DNA of 64,000 nt from Amphiscolops sp. MND2022 (taxonomy: Eukaryota). Under the pieces are notes generated by a model. The model did not search any database, was not told the DNA's origin, and was given only the letters and a program-made list of their open reading frames with translations. The stretch is from NCBI GenBank assembly GCA_964187785.1, contig OZ076409.1, forward strand, positions 5,768,001 to 5,832,000. Reading direction: 5' to 3'. Shown here piece after piece: positions 48,906 through 62,000 of this stretch (position 1 is the first letter of the stretch; the number at the start of each line of letters is the position of its first letter). A program made the translations under genes and the position numbers.

Positions 48906-49384
48906 ATGAATTTGTGGGAACCGCTGTAATTCTTTGAATTCACTTTGTGTCGTTTTGTTGTTGTACCTGTTGATCGATAACTGCTAATTGTGTCATTTGA
49001 CTTATTTGTAATTTAATTTCATAAAATAGCTAAGAAATTTGAACAAGATAATTTCTCATTTATTTTCCAGTTCCAGTTGCTACAGTTTAGGCATTTAACT
49101 TTTCTCGAATATTGATTTTTATGATCCAATGGGTCATACAAATCCTTGAATGTTACACCGAAAACATGTTTCAATTGCTGATTTTATTGTTTGTCGTAAA
49201 AACTTTGACAAATTACTTTTGAGTCTTAATTCCAATGATCCCGTGTTTAACGTTGTCATGGTTTCAAGTTATTTTGTTCATTCTGCGACAATCTTTGAGC
49301 CTAATCTCGATTATATTGCGTTTTGCATCTATCGCGTGGGATTCTTATAAACGTTTGAATAAAAAAAACATGTGACCTTCATGC

Positions 49385-52300
49385 ATGGTTTTTCTAGATA
49401 GATTGTTGTTGCATTATTTGACAATGGACTCACGAAAAAGCAGAGGTGGACGTAAGAAGCGGCAAACTAACGTGAAAACATGTAGTCAGTGTGGCCAGTT
49501 TTACTCCAATGCAGTTTGTTCCAATTGTTCTAGTTCGACGGCAATCAACTCCGAGGATATATTTGAAGTTTCTGTTTTATCTCCAGATACTAACGAAGAC
49601 CCAGTTTTCATCCAGATGTCGATTACTGCTTCAGTTGTAAACGCATTTCAACCGCTGAGCACCCTCTCACGTTTTTCTCAGTTGATGGAAGCTAATTACA
49701 CAAGCGCAAATTTTTTTCACACTCCAACCAGTGATAGTTTCACTTTGTTCCTTGTGTAATATTCATTTGAATCCTCTAGCTCCTGATTTTAAATCAGTGC
49801 AAGTCTTCAAAAGGCCTTGGCCGTCAGTATTTTGGAAACTTTTATCTGATCACTCGGCAGCAATTAAGTTCTGGCAGTACTTACCATTTGAATTAAAACA
49901 ATTTTGGCTTCATGGAGGAGCGTTGAATAATTGTCTTCCAGCAGCGTGTTGATCTTGTGTCTTTTCCTATTTTTGGAGATCTTACTGCCAGAATCAAATT
50001 ATTCAACACATTTAAACAGAGTTGGGCGTTGAGATGGTCTGCAGTGTGAACAAAGAATTTTCCCCTTGCATTCACTGTCCTGTTGGGTGTGATGAATTTA
50101 TGGATAATTATGGAGAAATAAGTTTCGTTCACTACATATCGAAGACTTTGCCTTCTTTCAGAAGCTTCGCTCCTGATGGAAAAGATTTTTTTGAATGGAA
50201 TGAGATCAGACTATGAAATACTGTTCGATAGTGATGTTTATTCTCCTTCTAAAGACCGTGCATTGTTATTATTGAGAATGGTGTTTTTCTTCTTACTTGT
50301 AAAGATCATGATGAAAAATAAGCCAACAATACTTTCACTTGCCTTTACATCCTGGTGACAGAGTGTTTAATCCGCTGCCAGATCGTTTAGCTCCAGCTGT
50401 GTTGAGTACGCGCACGATGAAACCGCTCCGAGAAAATTTTTCGAGTGCTTACTTCAAAATAATTCGATTAAATGTGTCCTTTTCTGATTTGTTCCATTAG
50501 CCAAAATAGTTTTGATGAGACCTCAGTTGTAAGCACTCAACACGAATCGTTTTATCTACATTCAAAGAAACTAACTCGGTTAGTTTTAAAGAAGATGGTG
50601 TTGAATGGTTTAATTTCTCAGTTTGGCAGACAATTGAAAATAGGAATGAAAAATGGCTAGCACTGGAGGAAAATTTTGCTGAGGAATCAAATTTCATGCC
50701 ATTAGAAACTGTGGCATTTATTAGATATTTGAGTGAATGTGATACTGCGGGACAGTTATCAACCATAGCCCAAGATGACGAAATTGATGAAGTTAATGAC
50801 AACGCTTCATTACATGGTTGTCAAAATACCAATGCAATTACCACAGCGGCTGACTACGCTGTTAGTGTTGACCGTGACGATGACAATGTCCCGCTAGCTA
50901 ACAGAAGTCTGACGTCGGAGCGTTATAACAAAAGTGAACTGCCGCTGCTTCGTCTACGAGGTATTTCTTATTGTAACATATGTATTGATCAGTGCGTTTT
51001 TCCATGTGTCAAAATTTTGAGTAGGAATTTAGGAGCTCCTCCTGTAACATCTTGTTTGCTCTAAATCAATTAAACTGAAAATCGACTTGTCAGCAAATTC
51101 TGTGCTTTTCATGAGCAATGTCATTCAAGCTCAGTTACATAGAAATACTTGTTGGAAAATCTGCAATTGTTTTAAGGCCAAGAAACAATGAACCAAAATT
51201 AGGGTTGCTATTAGGAATGCTTCTCGTTTGTAGGAGAGGGAGTTTGAGTCTGACACAATGGGAAAAACATTGTCTCAATTACCTTTTGTAAAGGTAATTG
51301 ATGTTGGTAATAAGCAGATTCCTCCTGAGTTTTCTTCTTTTCATCTGGAAAAAGACTTTCACTTTCTGCTCAGTTTATCCTCTCATAGTAGGTCGTTAAG
51401 TCTAACTCAAGAGTGCATTAATTTCGGGGAACAGTCATTTCGGTTAGTATATGCTGTTAGAGATGACGGTGATCCACAAACCTTTTTCCGATATAAGTTT
51501 TGTGAGAGTTGGTGGGATGTGTCAAAACATGTTTCGCAGCATGTTCAATAAGGACGTGGTATAAGTTTACTTTCAAGAAACAACTCTTGGAAAATTACTG
51601 TTTGTGAACGAATTGATTCTATTCTTAGTGAATCAGAACGTAATCAGGCTCTAAATTCCATTGTCCTAAAAATGCTTACGTATGCCACTTTGATAGCAAT
51701 TTTCGAAGAAAATCTGCTGGGCGTTGTCCGTCGGAATGTTGCGAAAGTGCTTTGTGTAAGTCTCATTTCGAACAACTAAAAGAGAAATGTAGTTGTTCCC
51801 CATGAAAGAAAAAAACTATGCGCATTCAATCAAGTGAAAACGTTGAATTGAGCGATGAAAGTAATAGAGAAATAGTTGAGGAGTTTCCATGCGCTCCTCT
51901 GACTAATTAAAACGCCCACAGAAGCCGGAATTGATGAAATTGTTGTCACTGATACGGATGTGGGAGCAACTCCTGTGGAATATGATCACAACAATGATCT
52001 ACAGTACGTTGGAAGCCATGTAATTATTAACGGCGTCTGTTCGCTTCTCAAAAGACATAAGCACCATACTTACACAAAAAGGAGTGGCGCTTTTTACAGT
52101 CTTTTCTAGCTAATTGTCCGGGAGAATCTGTTCCATTAACATATCCTGAGGCTAGTTTGTTAGTTTGTTGCCATCGGTTTACTATGTTATGATACACAAA
52201 TGCTTTTGGAGGGGCTCTTCCGGCGCCACTTTACAAAAAATTCAACATTGCTTGCATTGTTTCCCACATCAGAAGTCGCTTGAAAAAAGTTTCCCTTTCC

Positions 52301-53600
52301 AGTTCAGGCGAACCACGATTGATTCAGTTTTATTTCGATTGTTTTTTGAATTATTAGACTCTCTATCAACCTATCAAAAAATGATACAAAACAACTGTCA
52401 ACAGATCAAAGAAAAATCGTTGAAGAGAGCTTTATGTCTTCGTATATGAGGTTGTGGTAAAGGATTTCATCGAAAATTTGGAGAAATCTCCTGATAAACC
52501 ATTAGGTTCCATCACTAATACTTTCCCGCGTTTTGAGTTTCAGGCTTCAAAGGGTAACGCACCTCACATCCAAATAATTATTTGGACTGTAGAAAAAAAG
52601 ATGACCCTGTTATTTTGTATAAAGTCTCAGGAACAATGCCGGCAACCTTTGCATAAATGAACAAATCAATTGTCCGATCCATTTAACAGTCAAGTTTCAA
52701 CAATGATAGATGTTAACAATCTCAGCTTAGCTTCGTCAGTTCTGTCTCATTGTTAATAGAAAGCTTCATTCAGGTGCCTCAAAAAGTGTGATAAAAAGGT
52801 CAAATGATATGTCGATTTAGTTTGTATGAACCATCTCCGGCGACTTTCTTTGGGACAGTAGATCGCCCACACTCTGCTGAAGTGGGTTTAACTCGGCTTA
52901 GCTACTTTCATTGAAGAGTCAGGTTTCTATAATGTATGCAAACCGCTCAAAGCCGGCAAATACAACTACATTGCTGACTTTGGGGAACTCTTTTCTCCTG
53001 TTACCGCCCGAATTTTCTCAATAGTTCACTCTAGTACGAATTGTTTAAATTCTGATAGAGTTATGTCAGCCACATATTTACCTAAATATGCAGCTGGAGT
53101 AGAAGAACATGCTTCAGTTGACATAAGTGGTCAATAGGATAGCACTGTAACGATTTCAGTAAAGCGGATGAAAAACTTGAAAATTGCTGGAGCTCAAATT
53201 GCATCCAAAAACGAAAAAGACAAATCTATTAGGAACTGCAGGGTAATGTCATCCACAGAATGCATTTGGTCAATGATAGACTTGAGATAAGTGTTTCCGA
53301 CATATCAATGTGTCCATGTTAACACGTTACTTCTGGAAAATCGAGGTGCGTTTATTCGTAGAAAAGCTTTTAATCGCAATATGAAGAGATGGATAGCAAG
53401 ACTAGCAAGACTCAGGCCATGATTTTGTTATTATCAGAAAAGTTCTTCAATTTGATGTTCGTCGGTTTTTCACTATAAATCGAAAACGTAAATTAGACCA
53501 GTATTTATTATCTTCTTTGACAATTGACAAAGTATCGCTTTTTGCCTTACGCCCTCCGGAACTTTTATTCATTAATGACAAAGATTTATATTTTCGACAC
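49385..53600 (+). pseudogene. Helitron-like Rep region with Cys-rich N-terminal motifs; many stops and frameshifts
   Basis: RFEFQASKGNAPHIQIIIW (HUH motif 2-like), TYLPKYAAG (motif 3-like), RVMSSTECIW, FALRPPEL; CxxC clusters upstream. Confidence 0.75.
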
Positions 53601-53671
53601 TTTTTAGTCGGCGCTTTTCGTAGAAAAACGCAGACTATAGTAGTGACATTTCTTTTTTTAGGACCAACAAA

Positions 53672-55041
53672 GTGACAGATTCTATAAGCTTCAAAAGCTG
53701 GCTTCCACTAACTGCATGGAGACTACTGGCATTTGGCATAGTGATTAATCAGGCTTTTTTGAGGTCTGCCAAGAAGAAGGACGTGGCCGAAGGACTCGCC
53801 AATAGGTCTATTTCACGCCAAAGTAGAGGACGGTGGGATGGGAATCAGTCTTTAAGGCTAGATCTACCAATCCTTGAGAGAAACAGGACAGAAAGGCTGT
53901 ATGAAAGCACTCAAGATCTAGTCCTAAAAGAGCTTTTCGAGACTGAGCCGTTAAGGTCGAGGTTCGAGAAAGCATCAAGTCCAAGAGCTCATGCTGGGGT
54001 TAATCTGAGGACGAGAGAGGTCGCTCTAAGGGCTTGGAAGATCGCACTTTGCAACAGTGTCGATGGAAGAGGTCTGAGTGACCACAATGGCATAAAGCAT
54101 CAAGGTTTTATGGCCAGTGGGAGCAGTCTGATTCCTGGAGGTGAGTTTGTAAACGTATCGAAGGCGAGGGGGAACTTGGTAAGCACAAAAGGTAGACAAA
54201 GTCGCGGGCGGCCTTTGGTCGACACGAACTGCGACTGCTGTAAACGTGAGTATGAAAGTCTAGCCCACATCTTACAAGTTTGTCCCAGGACCCATGAAAG
54301 TCGAGTAGCCAGGCACGACAGTGTTCTAGATAGTGTTGAGAAGGCCTTGAAAGAGCAGAAGGCGGAGGTGCTGGTTGAGCCCCAAATCCCCACTCCTGGG
54401 GGAATTAGGAAACCGGACTTGGTAGTCCGCAAGGAGGGGGTAGTTTACGTGATTGACTGTCAGATTGTTGCGGACAATGCAGACCTGCAAAAAACGTCCA
54501 AGACATCTGTCCAAGACATTGTACTATGAGAAACGTGAGATTAGGGCCTTCTCCTCGAGCAGGTTGCCTAGTGAGCGAGACGCAGTGTTCAGTTCAATAA
54601 CAGAAATTAGCATCGAATCTGTGAGTCTAATGGAACGAAAGTTAATGTTGAGTTCAAAACTCAAAGCCATGCTAGCTTTAAAAGTGTTGGAGGGCGGATC
54701 GAGGATCCGAAGGCACTTTAGTCGAAGTACATATAGTTGTAGAAGCTAAGCAAGCATCAGATGATGCTCAAGTGCGGAAGTTTCGGCACCACTTGAGTAG
54801 AACCGTGGCCGATGTGTTTTCTTCTGCCCCAGTAGTCAGCGGTGAAATAGGCTACAAATGCAGAATACTCATTGCACGAGAGTTTTTAGTTGGTTAAATT
54901 CCAACACTGCCCTAACATATGCAAAATGGGATGACGCGGACGCCTCCACCGACAGCTTCGGCTGGTCAGGGCCCGAAGCTGGGTAACCTGTCATGGAAAC
55001 ATGCGGTAGGGGGTTTCTCTCTGAGTATTCTTTGAAAAAAA
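53672..55041 (+). mobile_element. R2-type non-LTR retrotransposon 3' fragment no. 1 (RLE endonuclease + 3' UTR)
   Basis: SVDGRGL, CDCC..ESLAHILQVC..RHD..KPDLV..IDCQI; frameshift near 54500; A-run at ~55035-55041. Confidence 0.88.
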
Positions 55042-55889
55042 CTTTGTTTCGAAGAAAAATTCTGAATCTTTAGGAACACTTGGGTGAAGTGCAGTCAGCT
55101 GAGCCTGACACGAAGTCCTGGCAACTTTCTGGCGAGATCGAAGCGCATATGTACGCTGATGAAAGCCGTTGCGTAAACGGTGGAAATCTTCTGCATTGAA
55201 GTGAACAAATCAAAAGAAAGCCACAGGCGTATGCTGGGTCACAGGAGCGGTATAAAATAACCCTTGGGCTCCATGCACTTTGAAACATAAGGGGCCTACG
55301 GCCCTGGACTCACTTCACCGGGTTACGGCGGCCCCGGAGGTTCTCACTAGCAGTTGCAATTCCAGCCTTCTCTGTGTCTTTTCTGAACCACTTGACATCA
55401 CAGCTGTCAGTTAGCACCTGAAATTCCAGGCACATTGCAACTGCTAACATCGACACTGTTTAGGCTTAGAATTAGAACGAATCTTTTAATTTTGTGAGGC
55501 ACGTAGAATACCGGCCGTGCCAGGCTCCCAGGTATTCCTCTTACGTGATAGTAAAGCAACTCAAGTCCTGTCATCGTCTTGTCTCCTTTTGTCTGAACCG
55601 TAACACTTTTCAAGTTGGCAAACCGCGTTAGCTTTCGATGGATTGTCTGAAAATCCCGCTGTCACTGTGCTCGCAGACTTTGACACTCTGAATAGGCGTA
55701 CCTGGGGAGTGATTCCCTCTACCTTTATTGAATTTCAAAGTCTGAATCACAGCACTCAATCAATGAAGTGCGACACAAGGGCGCTACCGCGATTTCCGTC
55801 TTAATAGTAGAAACGACACTTAAAACAGCCAGCATCATGAACATGGCTGCAGATGCAGCCCCTCCTACTTGTGGCAGTCTAGTGCCTCT

Positions 55890-57070
55890 GCATCCGAAAG
55901 TACCTAATTCCCAGCCATTAACACATACTAGCTCTCATGAAAACAACAAAGTCTGAACTTATGTGCTTCGACAGATGCCTGCGACACGATGTCAGGAAAA
56001 TGCTCAAGATGCCTAAAGATGTGCATAACGCTATCCTGCATAGCAGCATAAGACAAGGAGGACTTGGAATTTCATCGATTGTGACCCGAACCTCAGTTTT
56101 AGTCAACACAAGAACTGCTCGAGCAAAGGCTTCAATCCATTGTAATGAACCGACACCAGAATGGATGAACGTAAAATCTAAAAGAGAAGAGGACAAATAC
56201 TGGAGCGAGCATCTCGCTAACTCCACAGATGGCAAACATCTCTCGTTACAAAGCCAGAGACCATCAATACTAACCAGTGGATTAGCGAGCCTACAAAGCT
56301 CATGACTGGCGCTAATTACATCCGATGTCTTAAGATCAGGACCAATTCTGTAATGACAAAGATCAGACAAGCACGAATGTTTAGAACGGCGAAACCAACG
56401 TGCACCGCCGGATGCAAAGCCCAGGAGTCATTTTGTCACATTGTCCAAAAGTGCGCCAGAAATTGGAGCCATCGCAATAGTAGACATGACCGGCTATGCA
56501 AGTTCATCGCCAAAAAGTTACAAAAGAAAAACGTCAAGGTTGAACAAGAGAAAGCCTTCAATTGTAACAACGTTGGCCTGAAGCCTGACCCATTGATCAC
56601 GATTGGCCCAAAGACTTACATAGCTGATGTGCAGATAACAAGTGATACTGATGCAGCAGGGCTCGAAAGAGATTATATCGAAAAGAGCTACAAGTACACC
56701 TATCTATCTTTATACGATCAAGTTAAAACGCATTCGCGGAGGTCTGACGTTGAAGTCGTTGCACTCATCATCTCCTTCAGAGGGATAATTGAACCCCGCA
56801 CGGCTAACTTGAAAATGATTGGTATGTCGATATCTGAATTAAAAGTACTGACTGTCCGCATGTTGGAAGCAACCGTTTCTATATGGAAGCATCACAACAA
56901 GAGCGGTATACAACAGTGGGATATAACGGCACCAAACGATTAAACAAAGCACTTGACAGAGATGCCACCCAGACAGACAAGTCGTTTACAATTGGCTACT
57001 ACTTAACTTTCCTTAAAGCGAAGCAAGTTCTTCTTCTTGCAATAGCTAAAGAATGTAGAAAGTTCCAAAA
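55890..57070 (+). mobile_element. R2 non-LTR retrotransposon 3' fragment no. 2 (RT thumb + RLE + 3' UTR)
   Basis: IRKYLIP..LHSSIRQGGLGI; CTAGC..ESFCHIVQKC..RHD..KPD..ADVQI; abuts the 28S target sequence. Confidence 0.9.
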
Positions 57071-57117
57071 AGCCAAATGCCTCGTCATCTGATTAGTGAC
57101 GCGCATGAATGGATTAA
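57071..57117 (+). rRNA. 47-nt 28S rRNA fragment (downstream half of the R2 target site); not a functional gene
   Basis: AGCCAAATGCCTCGTCATCTGATTAGTGACGCGCATGAATGGATTAA, one difference from the conserved eukaryotic 28S sequence as I recall it. Confidence 0.95.
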
Positions 57118-58790
57118 TTGAGTTCGATTTGTTTGACAGTCTAACAATTACTGAAGCGTTTCAAAAAGGTGGTTTAATAAACAGCGCTAGCTCTGTTGAC
57201 TCTCAAGACGTCGATCGATTGCTCAGGATCTTTATTTTGAAAAGAGTCATGTTTGTTCCAGGATCTCATGTATCACAAGATAGACAAAAAGGTGATGCTA
57301 TGGCTGCTTTTTCCATGCTTTCGGAGCAACATGATCAGTTGCAAACTCCCACTATTATATACAATTCACTTCAGGAAGAGTGCTCTCAGGAGTTGAAAGA
57401 TGCGGTAGACTATTCAATGTTACTCATCAAATTCATACTTTGATTGCTGATCAACGGAAATTCTAAACAAGGATGATATCACTGCACAATACAACCCCTT
57501 ACATTCGGTTTCAGTTTCTTCTAATGATGATCAGTCTTTCGTTTTGACACATTTAATTCTCTCCTCCACGTCATTTTTAAAATATCAAATTGTTACCAGA
57601 ATGCCTGGTTCTGGAAAGACGTTGGCTGTAACCCATGCGTTGTTTTTTTTGCTCTTTGTAATGGTCTAAATGTCATGATAACATCGGTGAGTAGTTATCG
57701 TGCAATGCAATTTTCTGGAGTGCACATTGGCGATTTGTTTTGTCTTCGTTTCTGACAGATTAGTTGTTGATGAAATTGTCGAGAGTTCTTCAGAGTTCGC
57801 TTACTGATTTTGTGAAAGTTGTCATCTCGAAAAGTATTGACATTATCTATTTTGAAGATGGTGTTCTCACTTTCGGAACAGGCGAACCTAAATAATTACT
57901 TTCCGCTCAAGGGCGCTTTTTGTGGACTTCCTCAACTGTTATTACAATCGTTCAATCATACTCTCTTAAAAAGGGCGTCAGAATGATAGATTTGGTTGGA
58001 CGTCACTTTCTAGATTTGTTATCGAGCTCTGATATAAGCGATACAGAAAAAAACTGTATTCGATACATTCTCTACGCAATGCAATTTCAGTGCTCCTGAG
58101 ATTTGTCCAGTTGACGCAGTTAGAAATTTGGGGACAAGAGCTGCTGAAACAAGTGCCATTGCCGATCATGTTGAAACTGTGCGATCTACGGGTGTTGCTA
58201 TAACCGAAGTGTACAGTGTTGACGAAGTTAAAACAAATTCTTGCAGTAATTGGAAAGATGTTTTCAATCGTTTTGTTTACAGGCTAAATCTATCTTGTTT
58301 AGAACCTAGGATACTTTATTGTTACGAAGGAGCTCTGCTTAGGTTGACTAATAACATTTCAAGTCTTAATGTATCCCAAGGTCAAAGTGTGTTTTCCAAA
58401 GTTTTTCCACTGATACAAGCATGAAGGTAAAAGTTGCACCTCCCGGTAATAAAAAATTGCCGCCTAAAGAACTTTTGGTAACTATTGTTTCGAAGAGAAC
58501 GGTTGGTTTGACATAGTTGTAAACAAGCAGACAGGTTTCGTCCATAGGTTCAAGGCTTCCTCATTGAGACGCACTGCTTCCAGTTGAAATTTTTTGGCTA
58601 TGACAATTCACAAAGCAATGGGGAAACCATTGGTAAGCTAGTCACTAAAATTGATTGTTTCGAATGAGCTTACAATTTGTGGGAGAAATAGCAACTCTAT
58701 GTTCTCGTTATTAGAGTTCAGCATTTGAAGGATTTGACTTTTATAGGCGACAAAGAGTCTATTTTGTTGTCTATAGGTCAACTTCTCGGG
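57118..58790 (+). pseudogene. Pif1-family helicase of the Helitron-like element, degenerate
   Basis: TITEAFQKGGLI; MPGSGKT (motif I), GVHIGDLF, AMTIHKAMG (V), QLYVLVIRVQHLKDL (VI). Confidence 0.85.
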
Positions 58791-58870
58791 TGCAGTTAGT
58801 CAATATAACATGTAACAGGTTCCGGACTCTTGTAAATCTGTCTGCGACATCTCCTTTTTGTCCTAAGTAA

Positions 58871-59045
58871 ATTGAGATACTGAAAGAAGACGTAGGTTAC
58901 GTTTATTTCCTTGTTAGCACAAAAGATGGAACTTCTACCTATGTTGGTGAAACAGGTAATCTTCCCAGGCGACTTCTTGAACATAACTCAGGCAATGGTT
59001 CTTTTTTTACTAACCAAAAGAATTCAAAACCCTGGTGTCTTGTGT
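58871..59045 (+). pseudogene. GIY-YIG endonuclease domain (SLX1/UPF0213-like) directly after the helicase
   Basis: GYVYFLVSTKDGTSTYVGETGNLPRRLLEHNSGNGSFFTNQKNSKPW. Confidence 0.85.
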
Positions 59046-62000
59046 TTTGCTACTGATGTCAGCGTTGACAAAGAGGAGAATTAATCTCAGCGAAGATATA
59101 TAGAAACGACGATTCACAATGGGATGTTTAGGTCGTTTAACGCTTTCAATCATTCTGGTTTTCCGTCAGATGTTTTGAACATCTTCAATAATCGTTTCAG
59201 AGGCTTCAATCTGATTTTCTAGGACTTCGCGCCGTCGTAACTGGTTCATTGGGCTAAGTGCATGTATCATCTTTTTAATCTGACCAGTCTTGTTCTCTAC
59301 TTCAGGATATAGTGGAAACTTGTTGGAACAATGAGTATTTTTCAGAGTTATTGTGTATCCAATGACTTTTCGGTTATGTAGATCTTTCTTGGGCAATTCA
59401 TCTTGGTTACTGTAGAACTTTTGCTCTACTTCCTGATAGTGGGTAATGTCTACAGGTTGAAACCCTTCTATTGTAAACAAGGGCCGTTATTCACAAAAAT
59501 TTTCTTACGTTTGTTGTTACTTGCTTGTCATTGCGTTACTCTACTTTTATAGTGGGTAACTTCCTCAGTTTTTTCAAGCATCTGTAGCGTAACCGGCTTA
59601 TCTTAGACACATGTGTGGGGTATTCATATGTTCATGTCTTTGAATTAGATATCCTTTTCTGAAACGCCCTACTTCTTTAATAGTGGGCGTTTCTTAAAGG
59701 ATTGAATGGAAAAAGTATAAAAATACAATTTTTTTAGCTTTCACATTGATAATATCATGATTTTCTTTGACATTTGTTGTCTGCTTATACATTTGTAAAC
59801 ATATATACCAATCGAAAAACTTTTTATATTTTTTGGAAGCAATCAGTGAATTAGTGGACTTGCTAGTATTACGGAACATGGCTTTTCTCGGTAGTTTTTG
59901 CTCGTAAATTAATTGGTCATTTTATCACATATTGTGCCTATTTAATCCTTCTCGTAGCTCTAAGACAGCATTTGTCAGTGTCAGTAGTACTTTGGTTATT
60001 TCTCCAAATGATCAATTGCCAGAAAATAATACGCTTTCCTCTTTTAGATTGTTATTTCTGAATGAACTCCGCATTTTCGTCGTCTTTGAATCTTGAAGGT
60101 GCTAGAAATTTGTCTCGATCATACAATGTAATCTCTTTCTCGGACTTTTCATCAGGCGATGATACCGAAGATTAAAAAATATATCTGGTCTTACTTCATG
60201 GTAAAAGATCTTCCGAGCCCATCAAATATAAACAGTGTGGACATGGGATGTACTCCACGCCCTATAAAAACAAGCTGCAACAAGTTAATTATGATCGATT
60301 CTTCCTTTTTGGAGACAAAAACAATGTTCTGGCGCTGTTCACATCCAGTGATTAAAAAAGTCGTGTTTTGACCCGATATCATTTACAATTATACCCAGGT
60401 AAAGGTGTTGCAATCAGAGAAGTTATGATTGAGCCACAAAATATTTTTATCACAACATCTGAACCATTCATTCCTCTGGCAACAATTGAGGCTAGTTTAA
60501 CGTTCAATGAACTACTCCGTTTGAAATAGAGAACGCGACAGATATAAAATCGTTTCATTTCGAGACAACTGATTTGCAGTTCAAATACATTGTGCCAACA
60601 GTGGATCTTTGCCCAGGCTCATTCTGCGACGGTCAGTCTACTGAAGAAAGCATGTGTGTCTGTGTCGAGAAAAATGGTCTTCAAACATGGGGGTTGAGAG
60701 CAATTGTTCAATGCCAACTGTTAGCGCTATAACTCACCTCTCACCAGAAATCCTCCTTCACTTCTGTAAAATTCGGTAAAATAGTCACCATCAATCACAA
60801 GACAATTTGGCCTCAAGATGCGAATATGTTCGACCTAGTAGCCTTCAGACGGAATGTTAAGGAGTTCACTCAGTTCATTAACACTGGTGCCCTATTAAAA
60901 CTACATCATGTTCTTCAAGCGTGATTTTTCCTCCACGAGCCGGTTTCCGAGTGATTGGCTGCAATCAAAAGTTGAAAAAGATTCATTTGTTGAGGTTCAC
61001 TAAATCTACATTGTGGCCATCGAACCGGTTACTAAACGATTGTCGAAAGCGGCGCTACGACTCCGATACCCCAGACCACAGTCGCCACCACCATCGTCAT
61101 CAACATCTACAGACTAATGTAAACGGTTTTGTGGAGTACTAGCTATAGTGGCTGATCATTCAGTCTACTTCTGATCCTCTCCACTATCTTGAAGCTTGTT
61201 ATTATAAAAGTCATGTAGTTTGCTTGAGAATATATAAATTGATTACCAATGTATACATTAAATATCATTGAATACTACTGCAGGTTGAATTATCTTCAAA
61301 ATTCAACAATCCAAGTGTCCTTATCAGTTGATAGAAAGAAGCAATACCACGACTAGCCTATGACGTTTCATCAGGGTTTATATGATATATCCTGGAACCT
61401 TTTCTTAAACATATATAACCGATTGGTATTTCATAGCAAAAATTACATTCTATCTTTGAAGATAGTATTTTGATTCATATAGTCGATTGAAGCACAGTTT
61501 ATACAATTTATGCCGATTGATTGGATATGTCGTGAAACTTAGATTGGTTTATAGAATATCCATTGATTCCATACATTCTAAAACATGATTATAGATAATT
61601 CTCAATTGTCCAAATTGCTTTTGAGTATTCAGACTATTCAGATCATCTATTATCAACTGTTGTGTTTAAGCCTATAAAACCATCTAAGATTCTTATTTCA
61701 TGTATTACTTTTTCCGCTCTTATACATGCGAACTTAAACACAATAACAAGACAAAATGCAATAAACTTTACTTCTCAATACGTATTGAATTCCGTTCTAA
61801 GTGATAAGTCGGTAATTTTCTTTTCAAATGCCCTTCTCGCGATTTATTTGTTATGTATCATGTGGTTCAAGATAGCATTTAATTCAAATTCTTTGTTAAA
61901 CGTACCCTCTTCAAGTTCATTCAAAAATAGTCATACGTATTATATCTCGAAAGGTATTATTCGGTTTTTAGGAGAACTTACTGAACTTTGATATGCTCTT

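Noticed and set aside
55270..55380. HDV-like ribozyme of an R2 5' end
   Set aside because: GC-rich stems are present, but I could not build the nested double-pseudoknot on either strand
57071..57117. Functional rDNA unit
   Set aside because: Only 47 nt of 28S, with no other rRNA sequence around it
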